A DNA stretch of 56,089 bases from a virus (taxonomy: Duplodnaviria; Heunggongvirae; Uroviricota; Caudoviricetes), in IMG/VR virus record IMGVR_UViG_3300031413_000570. The stretch is one strand, 5' to 3'. Below are positions 8,827-16,280 of this stretch, piece after piece. The position numbers and the translations under genes were made by a program. The notes under the pieces are model-generated. The model saw only the letters and a program-made list of their open reading frames with translations. It ran no database searches and had not been told where the DNA came from. The stretch's first letter is position 1. Each line of letters starts with the position of its first letter.

Positions 8827-8865
8827 GAAGGAACCCGTACCTCACTTTCAGGTACGGGTTCCTTC
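8827..8865. terminator. Terminator after the solo WYL gene
   Basis: 16-bp stem GAAGGAACCCGTACCT/AGGTACGGGTTCCTTC. Confidence 0.8.
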
Positions 8866-8872
8866 GAAGAAG

Positions 8873-9073
8873 CTAAAGAACTTCCACTTCAGTGATTCGC
8901 TCTGCACGATAGGAGCGAGCAGTGTCCTCATCCAGGTAGCCAGTCACAATCTCGTGACCTTCCTGAGAGTTGGAAACTTCATCCACTGTAATCGAATCGA
9001 CAACAGTCTCGTCACCGTTCAGCTTCTTGTACTTGAACTTAATTTTCTGGTTCTTCTGAATATCTGTAGCCAT
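8873..9073 (-). CDS. Stand-alone WYL-like domain protein
   Basis: IKFKY..LNG...RSYRAERI pattern, as in the rIIB repeats; AAGGAG RBS. Confidence 0.7.
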   Translation of the reverse strand: MATDIQKNQKIKFKYKKLNGDETVVDSITVDEVSNSQEGHEIVTGYLDEDTARSYRAERITEVEVL

Positions 9074-9141
9074 ATCATTCTCCTTGTCAGTGAACTTTGT
9101 TTAGCTTTTCACAGGTAGGGTAACAGACACCACTGACATTG

Positions 9142-9669
9142 TTAGTAGATGTCAACTTCCTGAGTGGTTTTCTGTGAAATCATCACGCTGATGTTGTCAT
9201 ACTCACTATCAGCGACAAGAGTGAACGTCACAGGCATAAGTCGCTCAGTGCCGTAATCGTAATCATAAACCTTCGTACTCACTGTTACTTTGCGGTTACG
9301 AATCAGGTTTTCAGCAGCGGCAACAGTGACCGGAAAGTCGTTATGCTTCAGGAACTCCTGCAGGCTCACCGCCCATGTCTGGATACGCTCTTTCTCAACC
9401 TGCCGGTAGGACTTCACGGCGAAGCTGATAACAATGGCGGACAGAGAAGTCAGCAAAAGCGTACTTGCCAGAGTTCCAGAAAGAAGAGCTCCACCATCCA
9501 AACCCTTCACAGCAAAAGCCAGAGCAACCATCCCCAGGACATAACCTACAGCTGTGAAGAACAGGGTGGCAATCCAGGAGAACTTCAGGGAGCCTTTCAC
9601 GTCAGTGAAACTGAAGTCAGCAAACCCGAGATACTTGTTAGTCTTAGCCATTGTCATGCTTTCTTTCAT
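9142..9669 (-). CDS. Membrane protein (2 predicted TM segments)
   Basis: Two hydrophobic stretches; upstream SigA-like promoter. Confidence 0.75.
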   Translation of the reverse strand: MKESMTMAKTNKYLGFADFSFTDVKGSLKFSWIATLFFTAVGYVLGMVALAFAVKGLDGGALLSGTLASTLLLTSLSAIVISFAVKSYRQVEKERIQTWAVSLQEFLKHNDFPVTVAAAENLIRNRKVTVSTKVYDYDYGTERLMPVTFTLVADSEYDNISVMISQKTTQEVDIY

Positions 9670-9691
9670 AAAGTGGTTGATTTACTCTACA

Positions 9692-9720
9692 AGTTTAGCA
9701 ATAAGCTGTTCAGAATGCAA
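9692..9720 (-). promoter_or_regulatory. SigA-like promoter
   Basis: TTGCAT-N17-TAAACT. Confidence 0.65.
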
Positions 9721-9733
9721 GTAGGCATGAAAA

Positions 9734-9774
9734 AGCGGAGACGATGCACCCCATGACAAGGCATCGTCTCCGCT
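9734..9774 (-). terminator. Terminator after trxA
   Basis: 14-bp stem AGCGGAGACGATGC/GCATCGTCTCCGCT. Confidence 0.7.
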
Positions 9775-9789
9775 GGTTATTTCGCTGCT

Positions 9790-10116
9790 TTATGCTTCCT
9801 GGTAGTGTTTCTTGATTGCGTTCTGAGAAGCAACTCCAATGATTGGAGTAGCGTTCGCCTGACCGTCTTTGAAGAAGCTCAAAGTAGGAATGGACTGGAC
9901 ACGGAAAGCTGCAGCCAACTCAGGGTTAGCATCAACGTCAACTTTCAGAAGAGTAACATTGTCATCTTCATTGTCGATTTTGTCCAAAATTGGTGAAACT
10001 GCACGACATGGACCACACCAGGTGGCCCAGAAGTCAACGATAACCTGCTTACCTTTGTTCTCTTCACTTTTCAACTGCTCAGCGAAATTTTCAGGGCTTG
10101 TAATGTTGACACTCAT
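9790..10116 (-). CDS. trxA: Thioredoxin
   Basis: VDFWATWCGPC active site; cis-Pro motif SIPT. Confidence 0.95.
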   Translation of the reverse strand: MSVNITSPENFAEQLKSEENKGKQVIVDFWATWCGPCRAVSPILDKIDNEDDNVTLLKVDVDANPELAAAFRVQSIPTLSFFKDGQANATPIIGVASQNAIKKHYQEA

Positions 10117-10226
10117 AATATATATCTCCGTTCTAGACTGTCATTACCATAACAAAGCCCGACAGGTTGTTATTCCCGTCCCCTTTCTGCTACACTTATC
10201 CTGACCGCTGTCTTCCTAAGGTACCC

Positions 10227-11003
10227 ATGATCCGAAAACTCACCTCTGCAATAGCTGTTGTAGCTATGACCCTTCTTACAGTCTCCAGCACAAACCTGAA
10301 TCTTGAACCGGGCAAACAAGTCAGTACGGCTCCTACAGTCTCAGAATCTGAACAGGTCTACCAGGAAAGCCTGGCTTTATTGAAGCAAGCTGCAGACAAA
10401 GCATCCAAGAAAGTCACTCCAGTGAGAAAAGGAGTTGCTGCTACGTTTGAAGTGTCCAACGAATACGACAACCTCATCAGCCTTATCTCACAGTACAGGC
10501 AAGGGCAGCCTTTGAACAGTTACAATCACAGCAGCTCTTCTTTATTCTCTGAACTTCGTACCCAAAATCTCAGCATGACTACTTCGGACATGCGAATCAT
10601 CACATCAGAAGCTGTTACCTCCTTGGAAGAACGAGTAGATGCATGGACTACGTTGGTCGATGATATTAACCAACAAGCTGCTCCAGTAGGAGAAACTACC
10701 GAACAGCGTATTACTCGGTTGCAGCTTGCCATCAACCAGCCGTTCCCTTTTAAAGTGGAATCCTGCGTCAACCATGACGGCATGGAGTTAGCTTGGGGAT
10801 GCTACGAACCTGGTGACAATTTCTATACTTTAACTCCTGAACTATTGGAGTTTGATGACTGCTATGTGAAAACTACACTTGCCCATGAGTACCGCCATTA
10901 TCAGCAGTGGACTGAAGGGTTGATGGATGGTCCAGACTTGAAACAAAACAACTGGTTAGAAGATGACGCCCGAGCTCACGAATGGCTTGGTGGTGGTTGC
11001 TAA
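10227..11003 (+). CDS. Secreted putative zinc metallopeptidase
   Basis: Start reassigned to MIRKLTSAIAVVAM (signal-like); TLAHEYRHYQQ (HExxH) with a downstream LEDDA. Confidence 0.7.
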   Translation: MIRKLTSAIAVVAMTLLTVSSTNLNLEPGKQVSTAPTVSESEQVYQESLALLKQAADKASKKVTPVRKGVAATFEVSNEYDNLISLISQYRQGQPLNSYNHSSSSLFSELRTQNLSMTTSDMRIITSEAVTSLEERVDAWTTLVDDINQQAAPVGETTEQRITRLQLAINQPFPFKVESCVNHDGMELAWGCYEPGDNFYTLTPELLEFDDCYVKTTLAHEYRHYQQWTEGLMDGPDLKQNNWLEDDARAHEWLGGGC

Positions 11004-11050
11004 CTTGCTTGCTAACTACTTGCTAACTTGCTTGCCAACTTGCTAACTAC
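10997..11050. repeat. Imperfect tandem array of TTGC(T/C)AAC(TAC) units
   Basis: ttgctaac ttgc ttgctaactac ttgctaac ttgc ttgccaac ttgctaactac. Confidence 0.8.
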
Positions 11051-11089
11051 TTGTGGTTGCTACTCATCAGTGGTAGAGTAGCAACCACA
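11051..11089 (+). promoter_or_regulatory. SigA-like promoter overlaid by a 14-bp-arm inverted repeat
   Basis: TTGTGG-N17-TAGAGT; arms at 11052-11065 and 11076-11089. Confidence 0.6.
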
Positions 11090-11110
11090 CATTCTTAAGG
11101 AGAAAACATT

Positions 11111-11296
11111 ATGGCTTCAACAATTGAGCGTCCAGTTACCGCCCCTTACACTTCGCAGGTCCATCAGGCAACCTGGGCGGCCTGGGATGCGTACGTCGAG
11201 AAGTGCGTCAAGGAAGGCATTCACCCTTCCCACCTTGAAAGCTACATCGTCCGTAAGTCCTTCATGGATGGTTTCATTGAAGGACTGAAAGCCTAA
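11111..11296 (+). CDS. Small hypothetical protein
   Basis: AAGGAG RBS, own promoter and terminator. Confidence 0.75.
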   Translation: MASTIERPVTAPYTSQVHQATWAAWDAYVEKCVKEGIHPSHLESYIVRKSFMDGFIEGLKA

Positions 11297-11311
11297 CTTC
11301 ATCACAGCAAC

Positions 11312-11350
11312 AGATAAGCCCCGAATCGAAACATGATTCGGGGCTTATCT
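11312..11350. terminator. Bidirectional terminator
   Basis: 16-bp perfect stem between convergent genes. Confidence 0.8.
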
Positions 11351-11367
11351 TATTTGTGTTGTTCAGT

Positions 11368-11691
11368 TCAAATGGCAGTAAGCTGAATACCTGTGGCAAC
11401 ACGATGAGCATGTACAGTGAAGTCACGCGAGTCAAAACTGACACCAGCATTAATCTGCTGAGCAACCAGTAAAGTCGGTTCAAGACCCTGACCTCGCAGA
11501 CCAGGAATCTCATTCCAGCTGTTACTCAGAAGCTTCACCTGAAGGATAAGATTTGACACAACGCCCAGCTTTGCAAGCATAACAATGTTCGTGGTAGTCC
11601 GCTGAACCTCAATGAGAGTGTCATAAGCTTTAGTGAACTCCTCCTGAATCTGGGCGTTACTCAACTCATGGTAAGTCGGGAAGTCAGTCAC
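11368..11691 (-). CDS. Hypothetical protein
   Basis: GTG start with GAAAGG RBS. Confidence 0.65.
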   Translation of the reverse strand: MTDFPTYHELSNAQIQEEFTKAYDTLIEVQRTTTNIVMLAKLGVVSNLILQVKLLSNSWNEIPGLRGQGLEPTLLVAQQINAGVSFDSRDFTVHAHRVATGIQLTAI

Positions 11692-11768
11692 AATCAGAAA
11701 AACCTTTCAAGAAGCATCCCCTATACGAAGGGGCTGGATTCTCTGAGTGTACCAAATAAACGCCGTTA

Positions 11769-12095
11769 TTACAAGTTGGTCTTCTTCTGGACTCGTTTGC
11801 GTTTCCACGCTTGATAACGACGTTTCACCTGTAACCACACATAAATGAACTTACCCCGAATTTGCTTGTTCAGCTTCTTGAACAGCGGAAACTCTAACCC
11901 TAAAAGAGCTAAACCAGCGAAGACAATAAGCCATCCAGGACCTGGTAAAGGCACCATGACAAGACCTACCGCAACAACCAGAAAACCAACAACAGCGATG
12001 AGCAGCTTGTAAGTTATCTGCAGGATAGGGTGCTGGTCGTACAACCAGGAGCGGAAACGCTCATGCTTTGATAACGGAGGAACATCCACAGACAT
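11769..12095 (-). CDS. PGPGW-domain (TIGR02611-like) membrane protein
   Basis: VPLPGPGWLIVFAGLALLGLEF signature. Confidence 0.8.
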   Translation of the reverse strand: MSVDVPPLSKHERFRSWLYDQHPILQITYKLLIAVVGFLVVAVGLVMVPLPGPGWLIVFAGLALLGLEFPLFKKLNKQIRGKFIYVWLQVKRRYQAWKRKRVQKKTNL

Positions 12096-12168
12096 ATAAA
12101 CTAACGACGATTGAACAACATTGACAATATGATGTATCGGTTGGAAAACTGAGCTCTTTCTGAACCTA

Positions 12169-12807
12169 CTAAGCTAATCCGCTGTTCAGATACAGGACAT
12201 CAACCATGATGACAGCCGTGACAGGGTAGACACCCCAAATGGTCCAAGACCAGATATGGTTCAAACGAATAAGTTTCCAAGCATGGCTCTTCTTCTGCAA
12301 CGCATACTCTTCAGCTCTCAAAAAGTCTGGTTTGTATAGCAATGGTGAGTTAGCGATAGCTAAAGCAACTCCACCAATCATCGCAGCTGAACCTGTAGCT
12401 AACGCTGCAACTTCCCACACGCCCAGAAAGAATCCGTTATCTGGGGCTGGGTTCGTAATCACAATCAAAGCAAACACAATGCTTGCAACCAGGTTCACGC
12501 TCAAGATAGCGTTCAAAACCAAACTGTTTGCCTGAGGAGCTGATTCGAAGTTAGCTATCTTCTCCATCTCATTATCCAACGTAACCCTGCCGGCTAAAAC
12601 AATTTTCTTAGCAGCTTGCCTTGCCCGCAAAGCAGAAAGGCTTGCAGTGAACGCATACAAAATGGCAAAAGGAACAAGGAGAATGAACAGTAACCCAAAC
12701 ACTCCAATGACTGACACCACTGAAGCGACAGCAATGAGAATACCAATCACGAAAGTGCGAACAATCAAACCACCTACAGTGGTACTAATATCTCTTGATG
12801 CTCCCAC
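12169..12807 (-). CDS. Multi-pass membrane protein
   Basis: About 5 hydrophobic segments; upstream CCGATA. Confidence 0.7.
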   Translation of the reverse strand: MGASRDISTTVGGLIVRTFVIGILIAVASVVSVIGVFGLLFILLVPFAILYAFTASLSALRARQAAKKIVLAGRVTLDNEMEKIANFESAPQANSLVLNAILSVNLVASIVFALIVITNPAPDNGFFLGVWEVAALATGSAAMIGGVALAIANSPLLYKPDFLRAEEYALQKKSHAWKLIRLNHIWSWTIWGVYPVTAVIMVDVLYLNSGLA

Positions 12808-12887
12808 GCCTAATGTCCTCTGATCTTCACCTGCTAAGGTATCGGTTCTTACCTAACCCATCTCTATCAAGGGGTGCAAGATGAGCC

Positions 12888-12916
12888 TTGCAACAAGCCC
12901 ATCATCATGGTAAACT
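12888..12916 (+). promoter_or_regulatory. SigA-like promoter
   Basis: TTGCAA-N17-TAAACT with TG extension. Confidence 0.7.
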
Positions 12917-12946
12917 GGTGAACATTCTACTTACAAAGGAAAACTG

Positions 12947-13309
12947 ATGCCTAACCTCATGCTGGATCACGATACACTCCCCAAGCTTCCTGAAGCTTAC
13001 CTGTGGGAGATGGAGTACACCATGAAAGGTGAACCTATCCTCACTTTGAAAGCCAACCTGGCAGACCCCATGTTCAGCAAATACAACCTGAAGCTGGAAA
13101 TGGATGCTATCGAAGACACCAGCTACGAAATTATTGCTGAGTCACCCACCACAGCTAAGAAGGTCAACAAAACAGCTGAGTACCTTGCAGCTAACCTGGA
13201 GAAGAAAACCCACAGTGCTGTGAAGAACCTTCTTGCTGAGCGAATCATTCGCAAAAAGAATTTCCTGGAGAAGCGAATCGCTAAGATTCAGGCACGCTTC
13301 ACTAAGTAA
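12947..13309 (+). CDS. Hypothetical protein
   Basis: AAAGGA RBS, promoter and terminator. Confidence 0.7.
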   Translation: MPNLMLDHDTLPKLPEAYLWEMEYTMKGEPILTLKANLADPMFSKYNLKLEMDAIEDTSYEIIAESPTTAKKVNKTAEYLAANLEKKTHSAVKNLLAERIIRKKNFLEKRIAKIQARFTK

Positions 13310-13348
13310 AAGAGAGCAAGTAACCCAGCCAGGTTACTTGCTCTCTTT
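13309..13348. terminator. Bidirectional terminator
   Basis: 17-bp perfect stem. Confidence 0.8.
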
Positions 13349-13371
13349 CAGTTAAACACTATTAGCTCACT

Positions 13372-14475
13372 TCAGTGCTGATTCAACTGCTTATACAGCT
13401 CAGGTTCAAGAACTGTTCCGTATTCTCTAATCCATTCAACAGCCTGTTCATCTTGGCTCATGAAAATTTGAAACTCTTTCTGCTCACCTTTCACCGAGAT
13501 GATGCCTCTACCACGAATTTTTGGCAAAGTAACAGCTTTCGAGTTACGCAACACCATTGTAGAAGGAGTTGCATCCATCCGACCAGCAACTACTCTGGTC
13601 TCCAAGTAAGCTTTATGCGAATCAGTGATGATTGTCGCATCTGGACGTTGAGATGCCACAACAATGAAAATGTTCGCATCTCTACCCTGCCTCAGAAGGT
13701 CAATGAAAGCCTGACGAATCTGCTCAATTTGGCTTACCAAAACATCATCAGCATCTTTAGGGACAGGCATAGCAAGCAGTACATTCGCTTCATCAATAGC
13801 CAAAAGGATGTTCTTGCCTTTCGGCCGAGAAAGCTTCGAATAGCTCTGCACTTTCTCGGCCGACATCTGTGCCAAACGAGTGTTCAACACTGTTCTCACT
13901 TCAAGAAGAACCTCAAGTGCATCTTCAAACGTTGATGCGATACGTTGAACTGTGTTCTTATATTTTTTGAAAGGAGCAAACTCCACAACCTTCAAATCGA
14001 TACCATAAAAATCCCAACGCCTGTTATGAGCCATGCAATGGTAGAAGATATTCCTCAGAAGGACACTTTTACCTTGACCTGACCCTCCAGCGATGAGCAT
14101 ATGGGAATTTTTCTCTGGGTTCCAGAACACAGTCTCATCATTAGCTGCAACACCTAATGGAAAATAGCCAGCTGATTCAAAGTTCTCAGCCCAGTCAAAC
14201 ACAGCTGACTCAGGAATCAAAGCTGGTTGTTCTCTCTCACGAATCAAACCTTTCTCAGTCAACAAGTCACGCAGAACTTGCTCTGATTCAGAACGGTTAC
14301 CGAGGGTTAGATGGAAAGGCATCCCGCCTAAATCTTCATCCACTGAAGTGATATGAATGGTGTTGTCTTTAGCCCGGTAAGAAACACGGACTCCATCCAA
14401 TTCCAGATACTTCTTATTTTTTGACACTGCAGACATAGCTGTCTCCTCATTTTCGACTGGTTCCTGCCAGAACAC
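13372..14475 (-). CDS. FtsK/SpoIIIE-family ATPase
   Basis: HMLIAGGSGQGKS, IDLK.VEF, LLAIDEA, ASQRPDA motifs. Confidence 0.85.
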   Translation of the reverse strand: MFWQEPVENEETAMSAVSKNKKYLELDGVRVSYRAKDNTIHITSVDEDLGGMPFHLTLGNRSESEQVLRDLLTEKGLIREREQPALIPESAVFDWAENFESAGYFPLGVAANDETVFWNPEKNSHMLIAGGSGQGKSVLLRNIFYHCMAHNRRWDFYGIDLKVVEFAPFKKYKNTVQRIASTFEDALEVLLEVRTVLNTRLAQMSAEKVQSYSKLSRPKGKNILLAIDEANVLLAMPVPKDADDVLVSQIEQIRQAFIDLLRQGRDANIFIVVASQRPDATIITDSHKAYLETRVVAGRMDATPSTMVLRNSKAVTLPKIRGRGIISVKGEQKEFQIFMSQDEQAVEWIREYGTVLEPELYKQLNQH

Positions 14476-14621
14476 GAACAGAAAATCTGTTCAACTACAG
14501 ACTATCGGGAGTTATCAAACTGGAACCAGAAAGTGTCAATTTTCTGTTACAAAAAAATGGCCATGCTGCCGTTTGTAACGACTAAGCATGACCACCTTTT
14601 CAAGTAAAGAGCTTCAAACTG

Positions 14622-15632
14622 TTAGTTGACTTTTTCAAGAACAACATCATCAATGAAGAACTGAGGAGGCCTGTTATCGAAAACGTTCTGAGCGGAGAAT
14701 GTTGCACTCATGCTTTTAGCGGTTGGAGTGTATTCAACACTCACTTGAACCCATTTTTTGGTATCACTAACCAAGTTAGAAGTTTGACCAGCAATACTAA
14801 TCTTGATGTTCTTAGCTGGGTAATAGCCTGAGTCAGTATAAACCCATGCAGTCATACGATACTTCTGACCAACAACATAGCTTGAATAGTAGTTGCTAAT
14901 TGAAACGTTCTTGATTACAGTGTCAGTGTCACCATACAAACTGTATGATCCACCATGCTTGTAGGAATTAGATTGACGACCAGACCAATCGTAGAATGAC
15001 TGGTTGTTAGCTTTTTCGAAGTCCCAAGTAGACACAGGAGTGTACACAGGCTCAGGGGTAGGAACAGGAGCAGTTGAACCAGGATTCGTACCAGTCCCTG
15101 GGGCAGTTCCAGCATCAGTAGGAGCTGTTCCCACCGGAGTGGAACCGTTATCTACAGAAGGGTCAACAATCACGACAGGTTTGGTGTCGACAACCGCCTC
15201 AACACAAGGAACAATACCAGCAGTCAGAACCTGTGCTTGCTTGTTACTGTTCAACGCGTAGAACCATTTGCCAGAACCTGACTTCGCATAAGCATGGTAG
15301 TCTTTACCATCAACAGTAGCAACAGTACAATAAGTAGGATTGGAAGTCAGCAGGCTATTTGAATCAAGCTCAACAGAGCCAGCGAAACTGTTCTTCTTCC
15401 CACCCACAAGGTCCTGACTCGGGTCAGAAGACAGACCAAAGAATGCGTTCTGAGCAGTATGGATAGAATCAAGCTGTTGTTTCGCCGCCTTATCCTGAGA
15501 CCAAGGAATAACAGCAAAAACGGTAGCTGCAATGACGCCACCGATCAAACCAATGATGATGACACCAACCATGATGGAAGCCAGATCGATGGCAGCATGA
15601 GAAGATTTCAGGGCAGAAGTAAGCCTAAGCAT
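14622..15632 (-). CDS. Type IV pilin-like protein with a CBM4/9-like C-terminal domain (paralog 1)
   Basis: SSHAAIDLASIMVGV hydrophobic helix, YC...C pair, P/T/G linker, DFE...IDDVVLEK beta-sandwich. Confidence 0.75.
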   Translation of the reverse strand: MLRLTSALKSSHAAIDLASIMVGVIIIGLIGGVIAATVFAVIPWSQDKAAKQQLDSIHTAQNAFFGLSSDPSQDLVGGKKNSFAGSVELDSNSLLTSNPTYCTVATVDGKDYHAYAKSGSGKWFYALNSNKQAQVLTAGIVPCVEAVVDTKPVVIVDPSVDNGSTPVGTAPTDAGTAPGTGTNPGSTAPVPTPEPVYTPVSTWDFEKANNQSFYDWSGRQSNSYKHGGSYSLYGDTDTVIKNVSISNYYSSYVVGQKYRMTAWVYTDSGYYPAKNIKISIAGQTSNLVSDTKKWVQVSVEYTPTAKSMSATFSAQNVFDNRPPQFFIDDVVLEKVN

Positions 15633-15758
15633 AAAGGTAAAACTCTTTCAAACAGGGGACGATACCTAATCCTTATCGGTTACATACATAAGAATGAACC
15701 CAAAGCTGAACATCACTCAATTCTTGAGTCTATACATGTCGAATCAGAGTCCAAACTA

Positions 15759-15787
15759 TTGAATACTGAAGCCATGTTTGGTATACT
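15759..15787 (+). promoter_or_regulatory. SigA-like promoter, leaderless start
   Basis: TTGAAT-N17-TATACT, then 6 nt to the ATG at 15794. Confidence 0.7.
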
Positions 15788-15793
15788 AAGAAG

Positions 15794-16246
15794 ATGATTA
15801 GTGAAGAGCATCTCGCCAGCCTGACAGCCGACCTCACCAGATACCCGATCACCAAAGGTCCCTGGTACACCTCACCAAACGGTCGAGGTGGAGGACGAAT
15901 TCACACTGCCTCAGGACCAACCATCCTCGAAGGACCCAAACACCATGACGTAATCAGGGCAGCAGCAGCTGTTGTGTTCCTTGAAGAGCTACTTGAAGAA
16001 GTCACAGCACTCCGTAAACTACCCGGCAACCATCACCAGGAAGCAGGACTTTACCGGACACTCACCCGTATCGATGAACTGCGAGCTCTTGCACCTGGCT
16101 CCCTCATCGAAGACGAGCAGAAAACCCAGTGGCGTTCACGGCTGGACAAAAAAGTCATCCGCTGGGTCAACCAGACAGACCCCACGCAGCAGCGGGTTAC
16201 TGCCGAACTGCCAGGGCACCGCTACATACTACTCCAGGCAGCGTAA
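15794..16246 (+). CDS. Hypothetical protein
   Basis: Leaderless promoter geometry; followed by a terminator. Confidence 0.7.
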   Translation: MISEEHLASLTADLTRYPITKGPWYTSPNGRGGGRIHTASGPTILEGPKHHDVIRAAAAVVFLEELLEEVTALRKLPGNHHQEAGLYRTLTRIDELRALAPGSLIEDEQKTQWRSRLDKKVIRWVNQTDPTQQRVTAELPGHRYILLQAA

Positions 16247-16280
16247 AGAAAAGTCACTCTTCAGCAGAGTGGCTTTTCTT
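16246..16280. terminator. Bidirectional terminator
   Basis: AAGAAAAGTCACTCT / AGAGTGGCTTTTCTT. Confidence 0.7.

Noticed and set aside
10997-11050. Possible CRISPR array
   Set aside because: Units are 4-11 nt with no spacers, and there are no cas genes.
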